NCBI GenBank assembly: GCA_963793265.1
Contig: CAWBZI010000001.1
Location: forward strand, 1,280,001 to 1,344,000
Source: an uncultured cyanobacterium
Lineage (GTDB): Bacteria; Cyanobacteriota; Cyanobacteriia; Phormidesmidales; Phormidesmidaceae
DNA: 64,000 bases
Direction of reading: 5' to 3'
Shown: piece by piece, positions 32,751 through 41,799 of the stretch
Layout of the letters: every line of letters begins with the position of its first letter
Numbering within the stretch: position 1 is the first letter of the stretch
Notes under the pieces: generated by a model
What the model saw: the letters and a program-made list of their open reading frames with translations, nothing else
Databases searched by the model: none
Told to the model about the DNA's origin: nothing
Translations under genes and position numbers: made by a program

Positions 32751-32832
32751 GCGGATGTGGTGGAATTGGTAGACACGCACGCTTGAGGGGCGTGTGGCGC
32801 AAGCCTTGCGAGTTCGAGTCTCGCCATCCGCA
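32751..32832 (+). tRNA. trnL: tRNA-Leu (GAG)
   Basis: GCGGATG...CATCCGCA acceptor, anticodon arm CACGC-TTGAGGG-GCGTG, variable arm and TTCGA T-loop. Confidence 0.97.
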
Positions 32833-32840
32833 TAGCCATA

Positions 32841-32894
32841 ATAAATAACCCCGCAGGGATGCCAAAGTGGCTCAACCCTGTGGGGTTATTTATT
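32841..32894 (+). terminator. Hairpin/terminator after tRNA-Leu
   Basis: AATAACCCCGCAGGG...CCCTGTGGGGTTATT inverted repeat. Confidence 0.7.
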
Positions 32895-32966
32895 AGCTGT
32901 CTCGCTATGATGAATAATAGGTAAATTTTTGTAAACATTGTCGTAAACACTCATACAGTAAACGCT

Positions 32967-33578
32967 TTGACTTCAGCCTCTTCTATCGGTTCTTCTCAGC
33001 AGGCAGCCTGGCAGTCCTTACAGCCCCTTTGGCAAGGCGATAAATCAGTGGTCGATCGAGGGCTTCCTCACGATCAGCTCTCACCGGCCTGGCAGATATT
33101 AATGCTGGGTGACGGTTCTCCTACGCGGCATCTACAGCTACTCACGCGCGAGCCGACTGAGGTAGATGTGATTGATATGTCACCAGTAGAAGCAGAGGGT
33201 GATGCGGCCCCGATGCAGATTGAAAAGGTGCCGGGGCCGCATTTGAGACGGCAGGTTTGGCTGCGGACGGCCTCTGGGCAGCGTTTGGCCTACGCTACCT
33301 CATGGTGGGAAGCGAGCCATGTAGACGAGTATTTAGAAAATCGGTCGCTGCCGGTTTGGGCTAGCTTGGCAAAGCTACGCACAGAGCTTTATCGCGATAT
33401 TCAAGGCATTTACTTTGGTCATTCGGCAGCGCTTGAGGAGGCTTTTGAGCAAAAAGGACCTTTTTGGGGTCGGCACTATTTGTTTTGGCATCACGGTAAG
33501 CCGCTGACGCTTATTTACGAGGTGTTTTCGCCTTATTTGATCCGCTATCTGGGGCCGATGGGTTCGGACTGCGGTTAG
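32967..33578 (+). CDS. Chorismate pyruvate-lyase (Ycf21/DUF98 family)
   Basis: LGDGSPTRHL, RRQVWL, LAYATSWW, GRHYLFWH and LTLIYEVFSP. Confidence 0.85.
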   Translation: MTSASSIGSSQQAAWQSLQPLWQGDKSVVDRGLPHDQLSPAWQILMLGDGSPTRHLQLLTREPTEVDVIDMSPVEAEGDAAPMQIEKVPGPHLRRQVWLRTASGQRLAYATSWWEASHVDEYLENRSLPVWASLAKLRTELYRDIQGIYFGHSAALEEAFEQKGPFWGRHYLFWHHGKPLTLIYEVFSPYLIRYLGPMGSDCG

Positions 33579-34455
33579 TGTCAATCCAAATTTGAGCGCG
33601 TACGGGGCCGTAGCGATCGCGCAGTGACTTTTCTATGCGTTCACCAATAGCACCTGCTATCACCATAAATTCTGGATGCAGCGCTAGGTGTAGTTCTATC
33701 CATACCTGACGGCCCACCATGCCCCGCGAAAGGATGCGGGTACAGCGGGTGACGCCTTCTACCTGGCAGGCAATTTGAGCGATCGCCTCTGGTGCGATCG
33801 CTGTCGGCTTCAGCAGCATGGGTAGCTGGCTATGCAATACCTGCCACAGGCTGCGCGTCGATAAAATCACCAGCAGCACCGCTATCACCGGATCTAGCCA
33901 CAAGTAACCCCGCCCAATCGCAATCAACCCGAGCAGCATCAGCCCCGTGCTCCAGGCATCCGCTAATATATGCTGAGCATTCAGCTTGAGCGCCAGGCTA
34001 TTGAGCTGCTTGCTTTGCCCGGCCACCAACCAAACGGTTCCTAGTAGCGATAGCGCGATCACCCATACCAAAACGATCACTGGCCCGCTCACGCTGACTT
34101 GAAAAGCACCGCGCGTCGTATGAAACAGCGAAGCTTCAAGCTGATCAAAAGCAACAATCGCCAAAGAAATTCCGGCGAATCCTAGCACCGCCGATAGCAG
34201 CAGCGCCCCGACGGCCTCGCCTCGACCATAGCCCCAAATTTCTTTGCCGAGCGTTCGCTGGGGAGAGGCGATCGCAATCAGCCCCAGCAGCGTACTAAAA
34301 ACGTCGATTAGCGTATGCAAAGATTCTGCTAACAAACACAGAGAATTACTTGCCCACCCCGCCGTTAGCTCAACGGCAAATACTAAGAGTGTCGCCCACA
34401 ACACCATCAGCAGCAGGCGATAGCTCATTCGCCGCTGGTATCCGCTTCCATTCAT
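33511..34455 (-). CDS. Cation diffusion facilitator family transporter
   Basis: Metal-site motifs LAESLHTLID and QHILAD, plus LDPVIA and a C-terminal dimerisation domain. Start taken at ATG 34455. Confidence 0.85.
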   Translation of the reverse strand: MNGSGYQRRMSYRLLLMVLWATLLVFAVELTAGWASNSLCLLAESLHTLIDVFSTLLGLIAIASPQRTLGKEIWGYGRGEAVGALLLSAVLGFAGISLAIVAFDQLEASLFHTTRGAFQVSVSGPVIVLVWVIALSLLGTVWLVAGQSKQLNSLALKLNAQHILADAWSTGLMLLGLIAIGRGYLWLDPVIAVLLVILSTRSLWQVLHSQLPMLLKPTAIAPEAIAQIACQVEGVTRCTRILSRGMVGRQVWIELHLALHPEFMVIAGAIGERIEKSLRDRYGPVRAQIWIDTNRSPNPSAPDSGSNKAKTPRK

Positions 34456-34644
34456 AGCGCTTAGGCTATCACGAAGGCGGCAAACAGCCTGCGGTCTAAT
34501 CGACCGGGCCGTTATCAATAGTAGACAAATGCTTTCTTTGTAGCCTTCGACTCAATAGCTTTAGATGGCCTTAAGTGAGCGCCTGTATAGAGGTCACGAA
34601 GAGAAGAACTCTATAGATTAAGTGCAGGTAGCTGCCTTTAAAAT

Positions 34645-34708
34645 CAGAAAAGGCACCGACGACTGGCCGTGTTTCGTCTCGGTGCCTTTACTGGTTCGCT
34701 CCTCACAC
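34645..34708 (-). ncRNA. yfr2: Yfr2-family small RNA
   Basis: Minus strand GTGTGAGGAG-CGAACCAGT-AAAGGCACCGAGAC-GAAACACGGCCA-GTCGTCGGTGCCTTTT: 5' GUGAGGAG motif and a GAAAC-containing hairpin loop. Confidence 0.75.
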
Positions 34709-34714
34709 TTCATC

Positions 34715-34743
34715 AATATAGGGGATAGCTCTAAATTTGTCAC
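34715..34743 (-). promoter_or_regulatory. Sigma70-type promoter of the Yfr2-like RNA
   Basis: GTGACA, 17 nt spacer, TATATT, 6 nt, then GTGTGAGG. Confidence 0.7.
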
Positions 34744-34821
34744 CTTCGATGGCCATCACTTTCAATTGGCACACGGCTTTTTCGCAGGTAAGAAAGGCAC
34801 CTCAGCATCGCTGTTGCATCC

Positions 34822-35907
34822 CTAAAGGCTGGCCGGAGCCTCTAGATTGAAATACTGATGTAGCAGTGCTTTGAGAACATCTTTTATGACGGCCACTAAA
34901 TAAAACCTTGCATGATATTCGTTAGGAATGTCTGCGGTCGCGCCTGCTAAAGGGGAAGTCGTATGCTGAGGAAAACCACTCAAACAGGTGCGACAAAATA
35001 GGTCAAATGATTGACACAGTTGGGATGCACGCTTCAAGAGCAAAAAATATTGCTTTGAGGGCAATCGATAAGGAATCCAAAACAGAGCCTCGGCCATATC
35101 GTCAATGATCGCAATGAGCTGTTGCACAATCTGCATCTGGCTCTGATCAGCCGCTAGCCAAAGAGACGCCCCATCTGGAAACATAGTGCTGTCCGCGACT
35201 AGCGAACCATCAGTATAGAAATGAACCTGCTCCCATAGACGTAGAAGCCTACAGCACTGGGTATAGGTGTATTGCATCTGCCACGTTAGCTCATCTGAAA
35301 TCAGCTCACCTTGAACTGGTTTGGGCTCCAAGATATCGTCTACTATCGGGCTCTCTGCCTTTGAATAATGAGACAATAAATTGCCCTCATCGTTGCAATT
35401 TATGCAGCGCTTCAGCCATAGATCAAGTCCTGCTTCAGAAAGACGAAAAGTAATCCATCCTGGCCGTTGAGTTTCTATTACAAACTCATTCCAAAGTAAC
35501 CAGCGTAAAGCAATGTCTTCTCCTCTGTGATCTGGCTCACAATTTGTCAATTCAAAGCCACGTTTCCTCAATTGTTTAGTCAGGCACTCAGAAAATTCTA
35601 AAAAGTTCCAAGTGTCCTCTGGTGCAATCTTCGAAAACAGCATTTGGGGCAGCGCTGATGTGTAGAGAATATCCTTCACAGTTTGCTTTCTTTGCAGCGG
35701 TACTTTTCGCCAACTTTCCCTTCTAGGCGCTGAAGTGGATAGTGAGTCGGGGTGCAGGCGAGTCGGATCTGCTTGAGGCAATAATTCAAATTGAGTGCGA
35801 CTGGCTTGTAAAAACTTGGTGAAGCTAGTAGAGACAGCTTCACACTTGCTAAACAAAACCCGATTTAAACAGTACATCAATGTACCTTTGAGAGATAAAA
35901 TTATCAC
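34822..35907 (-). CDS. Hypothetical protein, DALR anticodon-binding-domain-like
   Basis: YTSALP, PGWITFRL, QMQYTYTQCCRLL and ...LEAPASL resemble stand-alone ArgRS N-/C-terminal-like proteins that lack the catalytic core. Start uncertain. Confidence 0.55.
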   Translation of the reverse strand: MIILSLKGTLMYCLNRVLFSKCEAVSTSFTKFLQASRTQFELLPQADPTRLHPDSLSTSAPRRESWRKVPLQRKQTVKDILYTSALPQMLFSKIAPEDTWNFLEFSECLTKQLRKRGFELTNCEPDHRGEDIALRWLLWNEFVIETQRPGWITFRLSEAGLDLWLKRCINCNDEGNLLSHYSKAESPIVDDILEPKPVQGELISDELTWQMQYTYTQCCRLLRLWEQVHFYTDGSLVADSTMFPDGASLWLAADQSQMQIVQQLIAIIDDMAEALFWIPYRLPSKQYFLLLKRASQLCQSFDLFCRTCLSGFPQHTTSPLAGATADIPNEYHARFYLVAVIKDVLKALLHQYFNLEAPASL

Positions 35908-36359
35908 TGCGACTGAACCTCTAAAGCACCTTGATAAAAGAATTCACTGTAGTTTTTACGGACGCTTCTGTAGTTTTATTGATGAGCCCTACTAAGAAAT
36001 GCTGAAGTAGTTGTAAAGAAGGGAATTTAGTCATACAAAACCCAACAATTTATATTAATGTACTAACAACGTTAGAGTTGTCGTGTTTGATTACTGTATG
36101 CGCTGTCATTCGGTGAATACAGTGATTGTCATAAGGACGCTAGCCGTTAGATGTTCCCTCCAGATAACAGCTACGTAGAAACAATTACTTAAAGCAGCCC
36201 CGTCCCACAAAAATAACGCCTTGAAGTATCCGTATTTATACGGAAGTTTCAATTCAGTTGCTCATCCTTGTTTTGCCCGCAGCTCAAAGTTATGCAATTA
36301 TTCACACTCGTTAGATGACATTCTCTACAACGGTTAAACTCAATTCTAGTATTGCTAAT

Positions 36360-37061
36360 ATGTCTTCCCCCCCTCAACCGGATAACGCACGTCCTTTTCT
36401 AGCGTGGCAACGTATCTCTGATTGGGCGAGCGAGCACTATCGCTGTCGTACGTTCAACAAAGACGAAAAGATTCCTGCCCGGCCTGGCTTGCTTTATTTG
36501 GTTCAAAAAGGGTCTGTTCGCCTGCTGGGCAACGCTCAAGTGAGTGCCTCTATGAAGCAAAAAAGTACCACTGCTCGGATGCCTCTAGTTGCCGCCGAAG
36601 AAGCGTTCTTGGGCTTCGTTGGGGCTGGTCAACCTTTTGAAGTCGTTGCTCAGCCGCCCTTTACCTTGCAAAGCTTTGCGCATGTGGATCAAACCACGGT
36701 GATTTGGCTGTATTGGAATGACTTAGACACGTGGCCTCATTTTCAAAAGGAGGTGCTAGACGCTTTTCGTCGGCAGCATCAGCGCAAGCTACTGTGGCTA
36801 AGTACGTTAGGGCAGCGTCGTACTATCGATCGGCTTTTGGGCTTTTTGACGCTACTCATTGATGAGCACGGTGAGCAGTGTGAGCAGGGCTACTACCTGC
36901 CCTTCCCACTGACTCACGCTCAAATCGGCAGCGCTATTGGCTCCACTAGGGTCACGGTGACTCGGCTAATGGGCAAGCTGCGTCAGAGCGGCATGATTGA
37001 ACACTACGGTGAAAACTTAATCTGCATTTCTAACGGGGCGACCTGGAAGAAACAAGGCTAG
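36360..37061 (+). CDS. devH: Crp/Fnr-family regulator, DevH-like
   Basis: RPFLAWQRISDWASEHYRCRTF...IPARPGLLYLVQ and HTH LTHAQIGSAIGSTRVTVTRLMGKLR. Alternative start 36315. Confidence 0.75.
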   Translation: MSSPPQPDNARPFLAWQRISDWASEHYRCRTFNKDEKIPARPGLLYLVQKGSVRLLGNAQVSASMKQKSTTARMPLVAAEEAFLGFVGAGQPFEVVAQPPFTLQSFAHVDQTTVIWLYWNDLDTWPHFQKEVLDAFRRQHQRKLLWLSTLGQRRTIDRLLGFLTLLIDEHGEQCEQGYYLPFPLTHAQIGSAIGSTRVTVTRLMGKLRQSGMIEHYGENLICISNGATWKKQG

Positions 37062-37087
37062 TAGCTCTGGCTTCTTAATCTACAAAT

Positions 37088-37157
37088 AAAGGCCCAGCTC
37101 ATCTTCTCGATGGCTGGGCCTTTGCTTATGGGCCTTTGCTTATGGGCCTTTGCTTAT
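37088..37157. terminator. Terminator hairpin with its 3' arm amplified as a 14-bp tandem repeat x3
   Basis: AAAGGCCCAGC...GCTGGGCCTTT followed by (TGGGCCTTTGCTTA)x3 at 37115-37156. Confidence 0.8.
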
Positions 37158-37166
37158 AGGAGTATT

Positions 37167-39677
37167 TCAGGCGCGATGTAGCTTTAGCAGTAAGGAATTT
37201 ACCACCACGGTGACTGAGCTAAGGGCCATAAGCCCCCCGGCAAAACCAGGGTTTAGCGATACGCCGAAAGCAGGTAAAAAGGCTCCGGCAGCAAGCGGAA
37301 TGCAGATGAGGTTGTAGGTAAAGGCCCAGGCCAGGTTTTGGCGGATTTTGTTAAAGGTGGCGCGGCTGAGCTGAATGGCGCTCACCACGTCAGATAGGGC
37401 GTCGCGCATCAGCACGATGTCGGCAGTTTCCATCGCCACATCGGTGCCTGAGTTTAGGGCGATGCCAATATCGGCCTGGGCTAAAGCGGGCGCGTCGTTG
37501 ATACCATCACCAATGAGGCCGACGCGGTGTCCGGCTTCTTGCAGCGCGACGATCGCTTCTAACTTTCCTTCAGGCGTAACTTCTGCTCGCACGGCCTTAC
37601 CACTTAGTCCCAACTGTTTAGCCACTGCCGTTGCCGCTGCGTTGCTGTCGCCGCTGAGTATTTGGATGGATAGATTGAGCGATCGCAACTTCTCCACCGT
37701 CTCCACGGCATCTTCTCGCAAGCTATCAGCTACGCCAATCACACCGATCAACTGATTGCCTTTGGCCACAAACACAGCCGTTTTGCCTGATTGGCCCAGC
37801 GAAGCCGCTAACGCTTCGGCCTCGCTACTAATCGCGCAGTCATTTTTCTCCATCCAGGCCGAATTGCCGAGCAAAAACGTACTGCCGCTCACCATCGTCG
37901 CTGCGATCCCAAACCCAGCCTCAGTTTGAAAATCCGTTGCCGAAAGCAGATCTAGATGCTTTTGAGCCGCTGCCGATTGAATAGCCAGGCCCAAAGGATG
38001 ACGCGTACCGCTCTCAACCGTGGCCGCAATCTGCAATAGCCGATCAGTCGAAACATCAGCAGTCAAGGGGCAGCAGTCCGTCACCTGCGGTTTGCCCGTA
38101 GTCAATGTTCCTGTTTTATCGAATACCAGCGTGTCTAGACCGCGAGTCGATTCTAGAATATCGCCGCCGCGAATTAATAAGCCCTGCTGCGCGCCCATGC
38201 CAGAACCCACCAGAATTGCGGTCGGCGTGGCTAAACCTAGCGCACAAGGGCAGGCAACGACCACGACTGCGATCGCCAATTTCAAACTCACTAATAGCCG
38301 CAGCGAATTCCCACTGGCCATACTGCCACTCGCCCCCATCCCATCAGAAGCCATAGCCGAACCCGCATGAGCCGCATGATGCAAATGACCCATGGCCGAA
38401 GTTGCAATATCGGGCCATAGCGGCGTGCCGATAAAGTACCAAAAGCCAAACGTCAGCGCAGCGCAGGTCAGCACGCCATAGGTAAAGTAGCCAGAAATCA
38501 CATCGGCCAGCCCTTGAATCGGCGCTTTTCGAGTCTGCGCCGTCTCAATCAAATGAATCATCTGCGCCAGCGTCGTTTCGCCCCCGGTGCGCGAAACCTG
38601 TAGCGTAATCGCCCCCGACTGATTAAGACTGCCTGCGACCACCTCATCACCGGGCTGCTTCACAACCGGCATCGACTCACCCGTTAGCATGGACTCATCT
38701 ACAGTCGTTTGACCGATCGCAATCTGCCCATCCACCGGCACCTTTTCGCTCGGCAACACCTGCAGCCATTCACCCACCTGCACCTGAGCCGCTGGAATTT
38801 GCACGCCAGGTTCACCGCTCGGCGCATCCCCATTAGAATCGTCCTTATGAGAACCATCGGCCTCAGCCGTCAGATCGGGAGCGGGCACCAGTCGAGCCAG
38901 GGTTGGCTGTAGGGCAATGAGCGATCGCAATGAACTTGCCGCCTGAAACCGCGCCCGCTGCTCCAGCGTTCGCCCCAGCAAAATGAAGCTCAGCAGCATC
39001 ACGGGCTCATCAAAAAAGCACTCCCAGCCTAACCCTGGAAAAATTAACGCCGCCAAACTCGTGCCGTATGCACTCAGCGCGCCCAGGCTCACGAGCGTAT
39101 TCATGTTAGGCGAGCCGCGCCGAATGCCTTGGGCTCCTTCTACTAGAATTTTGCGGGCCGGAAAAATTAGCGTCAGCGTCGCTAGAATGCCATGAAACCA
39201 AAGGGCGCTCAGCACCGGAATCGAAAAGCCTTGCGCCCAGCCAAAATGCTCTATGTGCCCAATCGTAGAGAGCACCAGCAAAACCAGCGCCGTCACAAGC
39301 TGCTGGCTTTGATCCTTTTGAGCGGCCTCTTTACGCGCCAGCCAGTCAGATTCAGCCGCGAGCGGATTGTTGCTGTCCTCAGCCGATCTCACTTTGCTAG
39401 GGTAGCCCGCGTCGGTTAGGGCTTGGGCGATCACCTCGGGTTCTACTTCAGGCAAACAGGCCACCGCCGCCACTTCCGTCACCAAATTCACCGTTGCTGA
39501 GGCCACGCCTTCACACTGAGCCAGCTTTTTTTCTACCGTGCTCACGCAGCCCGCGCACATCATGCCCTGCACATCGAGCACGACCGTTTGGTTGGTCGTT
39601 TGAGCAGATTGAGCGGGAGATTGAGCGGGTTTAGCAGATCGAGCGGGGGGTGCAAGCTGAGTCATAAGCGTTGGCAT
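37167..39677 (-). CDS. P1B-type heavy-metal ATPase, Cu(I) type (CtaA-like)
   Basis: HMA GMMCAGC, TGES, CPCALG, DKTGTLT, HP, GDGINDAP, YN and MALSS motifs. Confidence 0.92.
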   Translation of the reverse strand: MPTLMTQLAPPARSAKPAQSPAQSAQTTNQTVVLDVQGMMCAGCVSTVEKKLAQCEGVASATVNLVTEVAAVACLPEVEPEVIAQALTDAGYPSKVRSAEDSNNPLAAESDWLARKEAAQKDQSQQLVTALVLLVLSTIGHIEHFGWAQGFSIPVLSALWFHGILATLTLIFPARKILVEGAQGIRRGSPNMNTLVSLGALSAYGTSLAALIFPGLGWECFFDEPVMLLSFILLGRTLEQRARFQAASSLRSLIALQPTLARLVPAPDLTAEADGSHKDDSNGDAPSGEPGVQIPAAQVQVGEWLQVLPSEKVPVDGQIAIGQTTVDESMLTGESMPVVKQPGDEVVAGSLNQSGAITLQVSRTGGETTLAQMIHLIETAQTRKAPIQGLADVISGYFTYGVLTCAALTFGFWYFIGTPLWPDIATSAMGHLHHAAHAGSAMASDGMGASGSMASGNSLRLLVSLKLAIAVVVVACPCALGLATPTAILVGSGMGAQQGLLIRGGDILESTRGLDTLVFDKTGTLTTGKPQVTDCCPLTADVSTDRLLQIAATVESGTRHPLGLAIQSAAAQKHLDLLSATDFQTEAGFGIAATMVSGSTFLLGNSAWMEKNDCAISSEAEALAASLGQSGKTAVFVAKGNQLIGVIGVADSLREDAVETVEKLRSLNLSIQILSGDSNAAATAVAKQLGLSGKAVRAEVTPEGKLEAIVALQEAGHRVGLIGDGINDAPALAQADIGIALNSGTDVAMETADIVLMRDALSDVVSAIQLSRATFNKIRQNLAWAFTYNLICIPLAAGAFLPAFGVSLNPGFAGGLMALSSVTVVVNSLLLKLHRA

Positions 39678-39956
39678 AGAGCCCTATAGAGCCCTTAAAA
39701 GATTCTCTTCTTTGAGCCTAAGACAAAATTCTGGGTTCTGTGACGCTTTAGCCGTAAAACTCTGTCTTTGGAGGCGATGCCTTTGGGGGCGATCGCCCCC
39801 ATTCCAGAACAGTCATTCCTGACGGCAAAACTAGCCCTAGTAAAAATACTGACAGGCGATTTGTAAAATACGCTAGCGACAGGCTTCAGATACGGTGGGA
39901 CAATACCGTTAGTTTCCTGAACCAGTTGGAAGATCAGCCACCTAAATATAAAAGAT

Positions 39957-41768
39957 ATGTTTTCTGACATTGCAAATCACTGGGCTAGCCCGTGCATTGT
40001 GGCACTCTCCCAACGCGGCATCCTTAGCGGCTATCCCAACGGCACGTTTCGGCCAAAGGCTACGGTAAGCCGGGCGGAGTTTGCAGCCCTGATGCCGAAG
40101 GTGTTTCCAGATTTGTTAGCACAGCAGGCATCCCTAGCGTTTCGAGATGTGCCGGTTGAATATTGGGCGCATGACGCAATCGCCTGGGCCACCGAGCGCG
40201 GCCTGTTTAGCGGCTATGAAAACGGCACGTTTCGCCCCCGGCAAAATGTTTCTATCGCCCAGTCCATCGTTGTGTTAATGCTAGGACTAGAAGCGACCCA
40301 AGGCTTTGACACTACGTTGATACCGTTGGATGAGCCAGTAACGGAACAAAACTTGGTCGCTGAGCAGTTTAGCGATGCAGCAAAGATCCCGGACTATGCA
40401 CGTGAGGCAATCGCCGCTGCCCTTAACCGTCAGCTTCTAGAACAGCTCAAATCGCCGCGTTCACTGCGGCCCCAGCAGGCCGTGACTCGAGGCGAAGTCG
40501 CTGCTTTGCTCTGCCGCGTTTTAGAAGTACCGAGCACAGAGCTGGCCAGTCACTATCCAGCCTTGAGCGCTGCCGAAAATACTCAAGCTGTCTTTCAACA
40601 GTTTCTTCAGCAAGAGGCAGAGTTTGACCAGGCCAAGCTAGCTTTTCTAGATCGAAGCATACAGTCATCTCCCTATCGCAGCGATATTACTAAGTATGCG
40701 CTGCGATTACAGGAGCCAGATGCGATCGCCCCCTCCCTAAAAAATGCAGCACCTTATCCCAAAACGGGCGACGTATTTTTTGTTAATGACGACGGGCTAG
40801 CGTTTCTATCACCCGATATTTTGTCGGCCTGCGTGTGTATAGCAACGGTGCAGAACGGCGAGCTGCAGGGGCGATGGTTAGGACGGGATGCTTTAAGTGA
40901 TCGCCAGCTTTGGAGTTCAACCAAATTCATTCCGCTACTCAACGTCGCCGCGCGGGCTAATGCCGTTTCACCAACCGCAGATATCGACCAGTGCCGGGTG
41001 AGAGCTGTCGGCAGCACTGGTAAATATAGCGGCTTCCCCTTTCACGATTTGGCCGCTGGCATTATGAGCTACGACAACCGCATTGCGACCTCTAATTCGC
41101 TTGCGGTAATGTTCAAAAACTTTGAAACTCCAGCGCGTTTGGAAAAGTGGACACAGCAAATGACCGGGAGCCAGTCGCTTTCTTTCCAGGGCCGCTATGG
41201 TGAGGTGCCTTTCATCCAAATCCCTGAGCTGTATAGCTTGCAGACTAAAGAAGTGCTGCTAAAGTCACCGAAGGCAGACCATAGCGGCCAAAACCTGATG
41301 TCTACTTACGATTTGACGCGGCTGATGACTATGGCCGGTTGGCACTGGCGGCTACCGGCACGCTCAAGAATTCCTAATTTACAAACGCACAGTTTAGAGA
41401 GCATCATTCGAGCGATGGGTGTCGATACCGCGCGGTATGTGGATGTGGCGCTGACGGCTTTGGGCTTAGATCAGGTGGTGCGATCGCCTGTGATTATGTC
41501 TAAAAGTGGGTTTGGCCGGAGTGATGGACGCGATCGCACCGAACTCACCTACTGCGCCCTTGCCCAGTTCAGCCTCCCCCGCCAGATTGCCAATCCCAAC
41601 GTAGGCGCACCCGATCCTACCGCTGCCTATCAAAACTACTCAATTGGCTTCACGCTCATCGCGGCTCAGGGCGTAGGAGATGCCAATGAAGAAGCGCGAT
41701 ATGTAGATGCCCTAATGGCCGCTTCTGTTACAGAGATTATTCGTCGCGCCGTGCTGAATGAGCTATGA
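39957..41768 (+). CDS. SLH-domain protein with C-terminal serine-hydrolase/beta-lactamase-like domain
   Basis: Three SLH repeats (FSDIANHWA...GYPNGTFRP...SRAEFA; GYENGTFRP; LRPQQAVTRGEVA). C-terminal WSSTK, TSNS and KSG motifs. Confidence 0.75.
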   Translation: MFSDIANHWASPCIVALSQRGILSGYPNGTFRPKATVSRAEFAALMPKVFPDLLAQQASLAFRDVPVEYWAHDAIAWATERGLFSGYENGTFRPRQNVSIAQSIVVLMLGLEATQGFDTTLIPLDEPVTEQNLVAEQFSDAAKIPDYAREAIAAALNRQLLEQLKSPRSLRPQQAVTRGEVAALLCRVLEVPSTELASHYPALSAAENTQAVFQQFLQQEAEFDQAKLAFLDRSIQSSPYRSDITKYALRLQEPDAIAPSLKNAAPYPKTGDVFFVNDDGLAFLSPDILSACVCIATVQNGELQGRWLGRDALSDRQLWSSTKFIPLLNVAARANAVSPTADIDQCRVRAVGSTGKYSGFPFHDLAAGIMSYDNRIATSNSLAVMFKNFETPARLEKWTQQMTGSQSLSFQGRYGEVPFIQIPELYSLQTKEVLLKSPKADHSGQNLMSTYDLTRLMTMAGWHWRLPARSRIPNLQTHSLESIIRAMGVDTARYVDVALTALGLDQVVRSPVIMSKSGFGRSDGRDRTELTYCALAQFSLPRQIANPNVGAPDPTAAYQNYSIGFTLIAAQGVGDANEEARYVDALMAASVTEIIRRAVLNEL

Positions 41769-41799
41769 CGCTGGCAGCACAGCCAATAGACGTGCTTAG

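Noticed and set aside
32717..32950. 77-aa ORF and the 30-aa N-terminal extension of accC
   Set aside because: The ORF is antisense to tRNA-Leu; AccC homology begins at ATG 32627.
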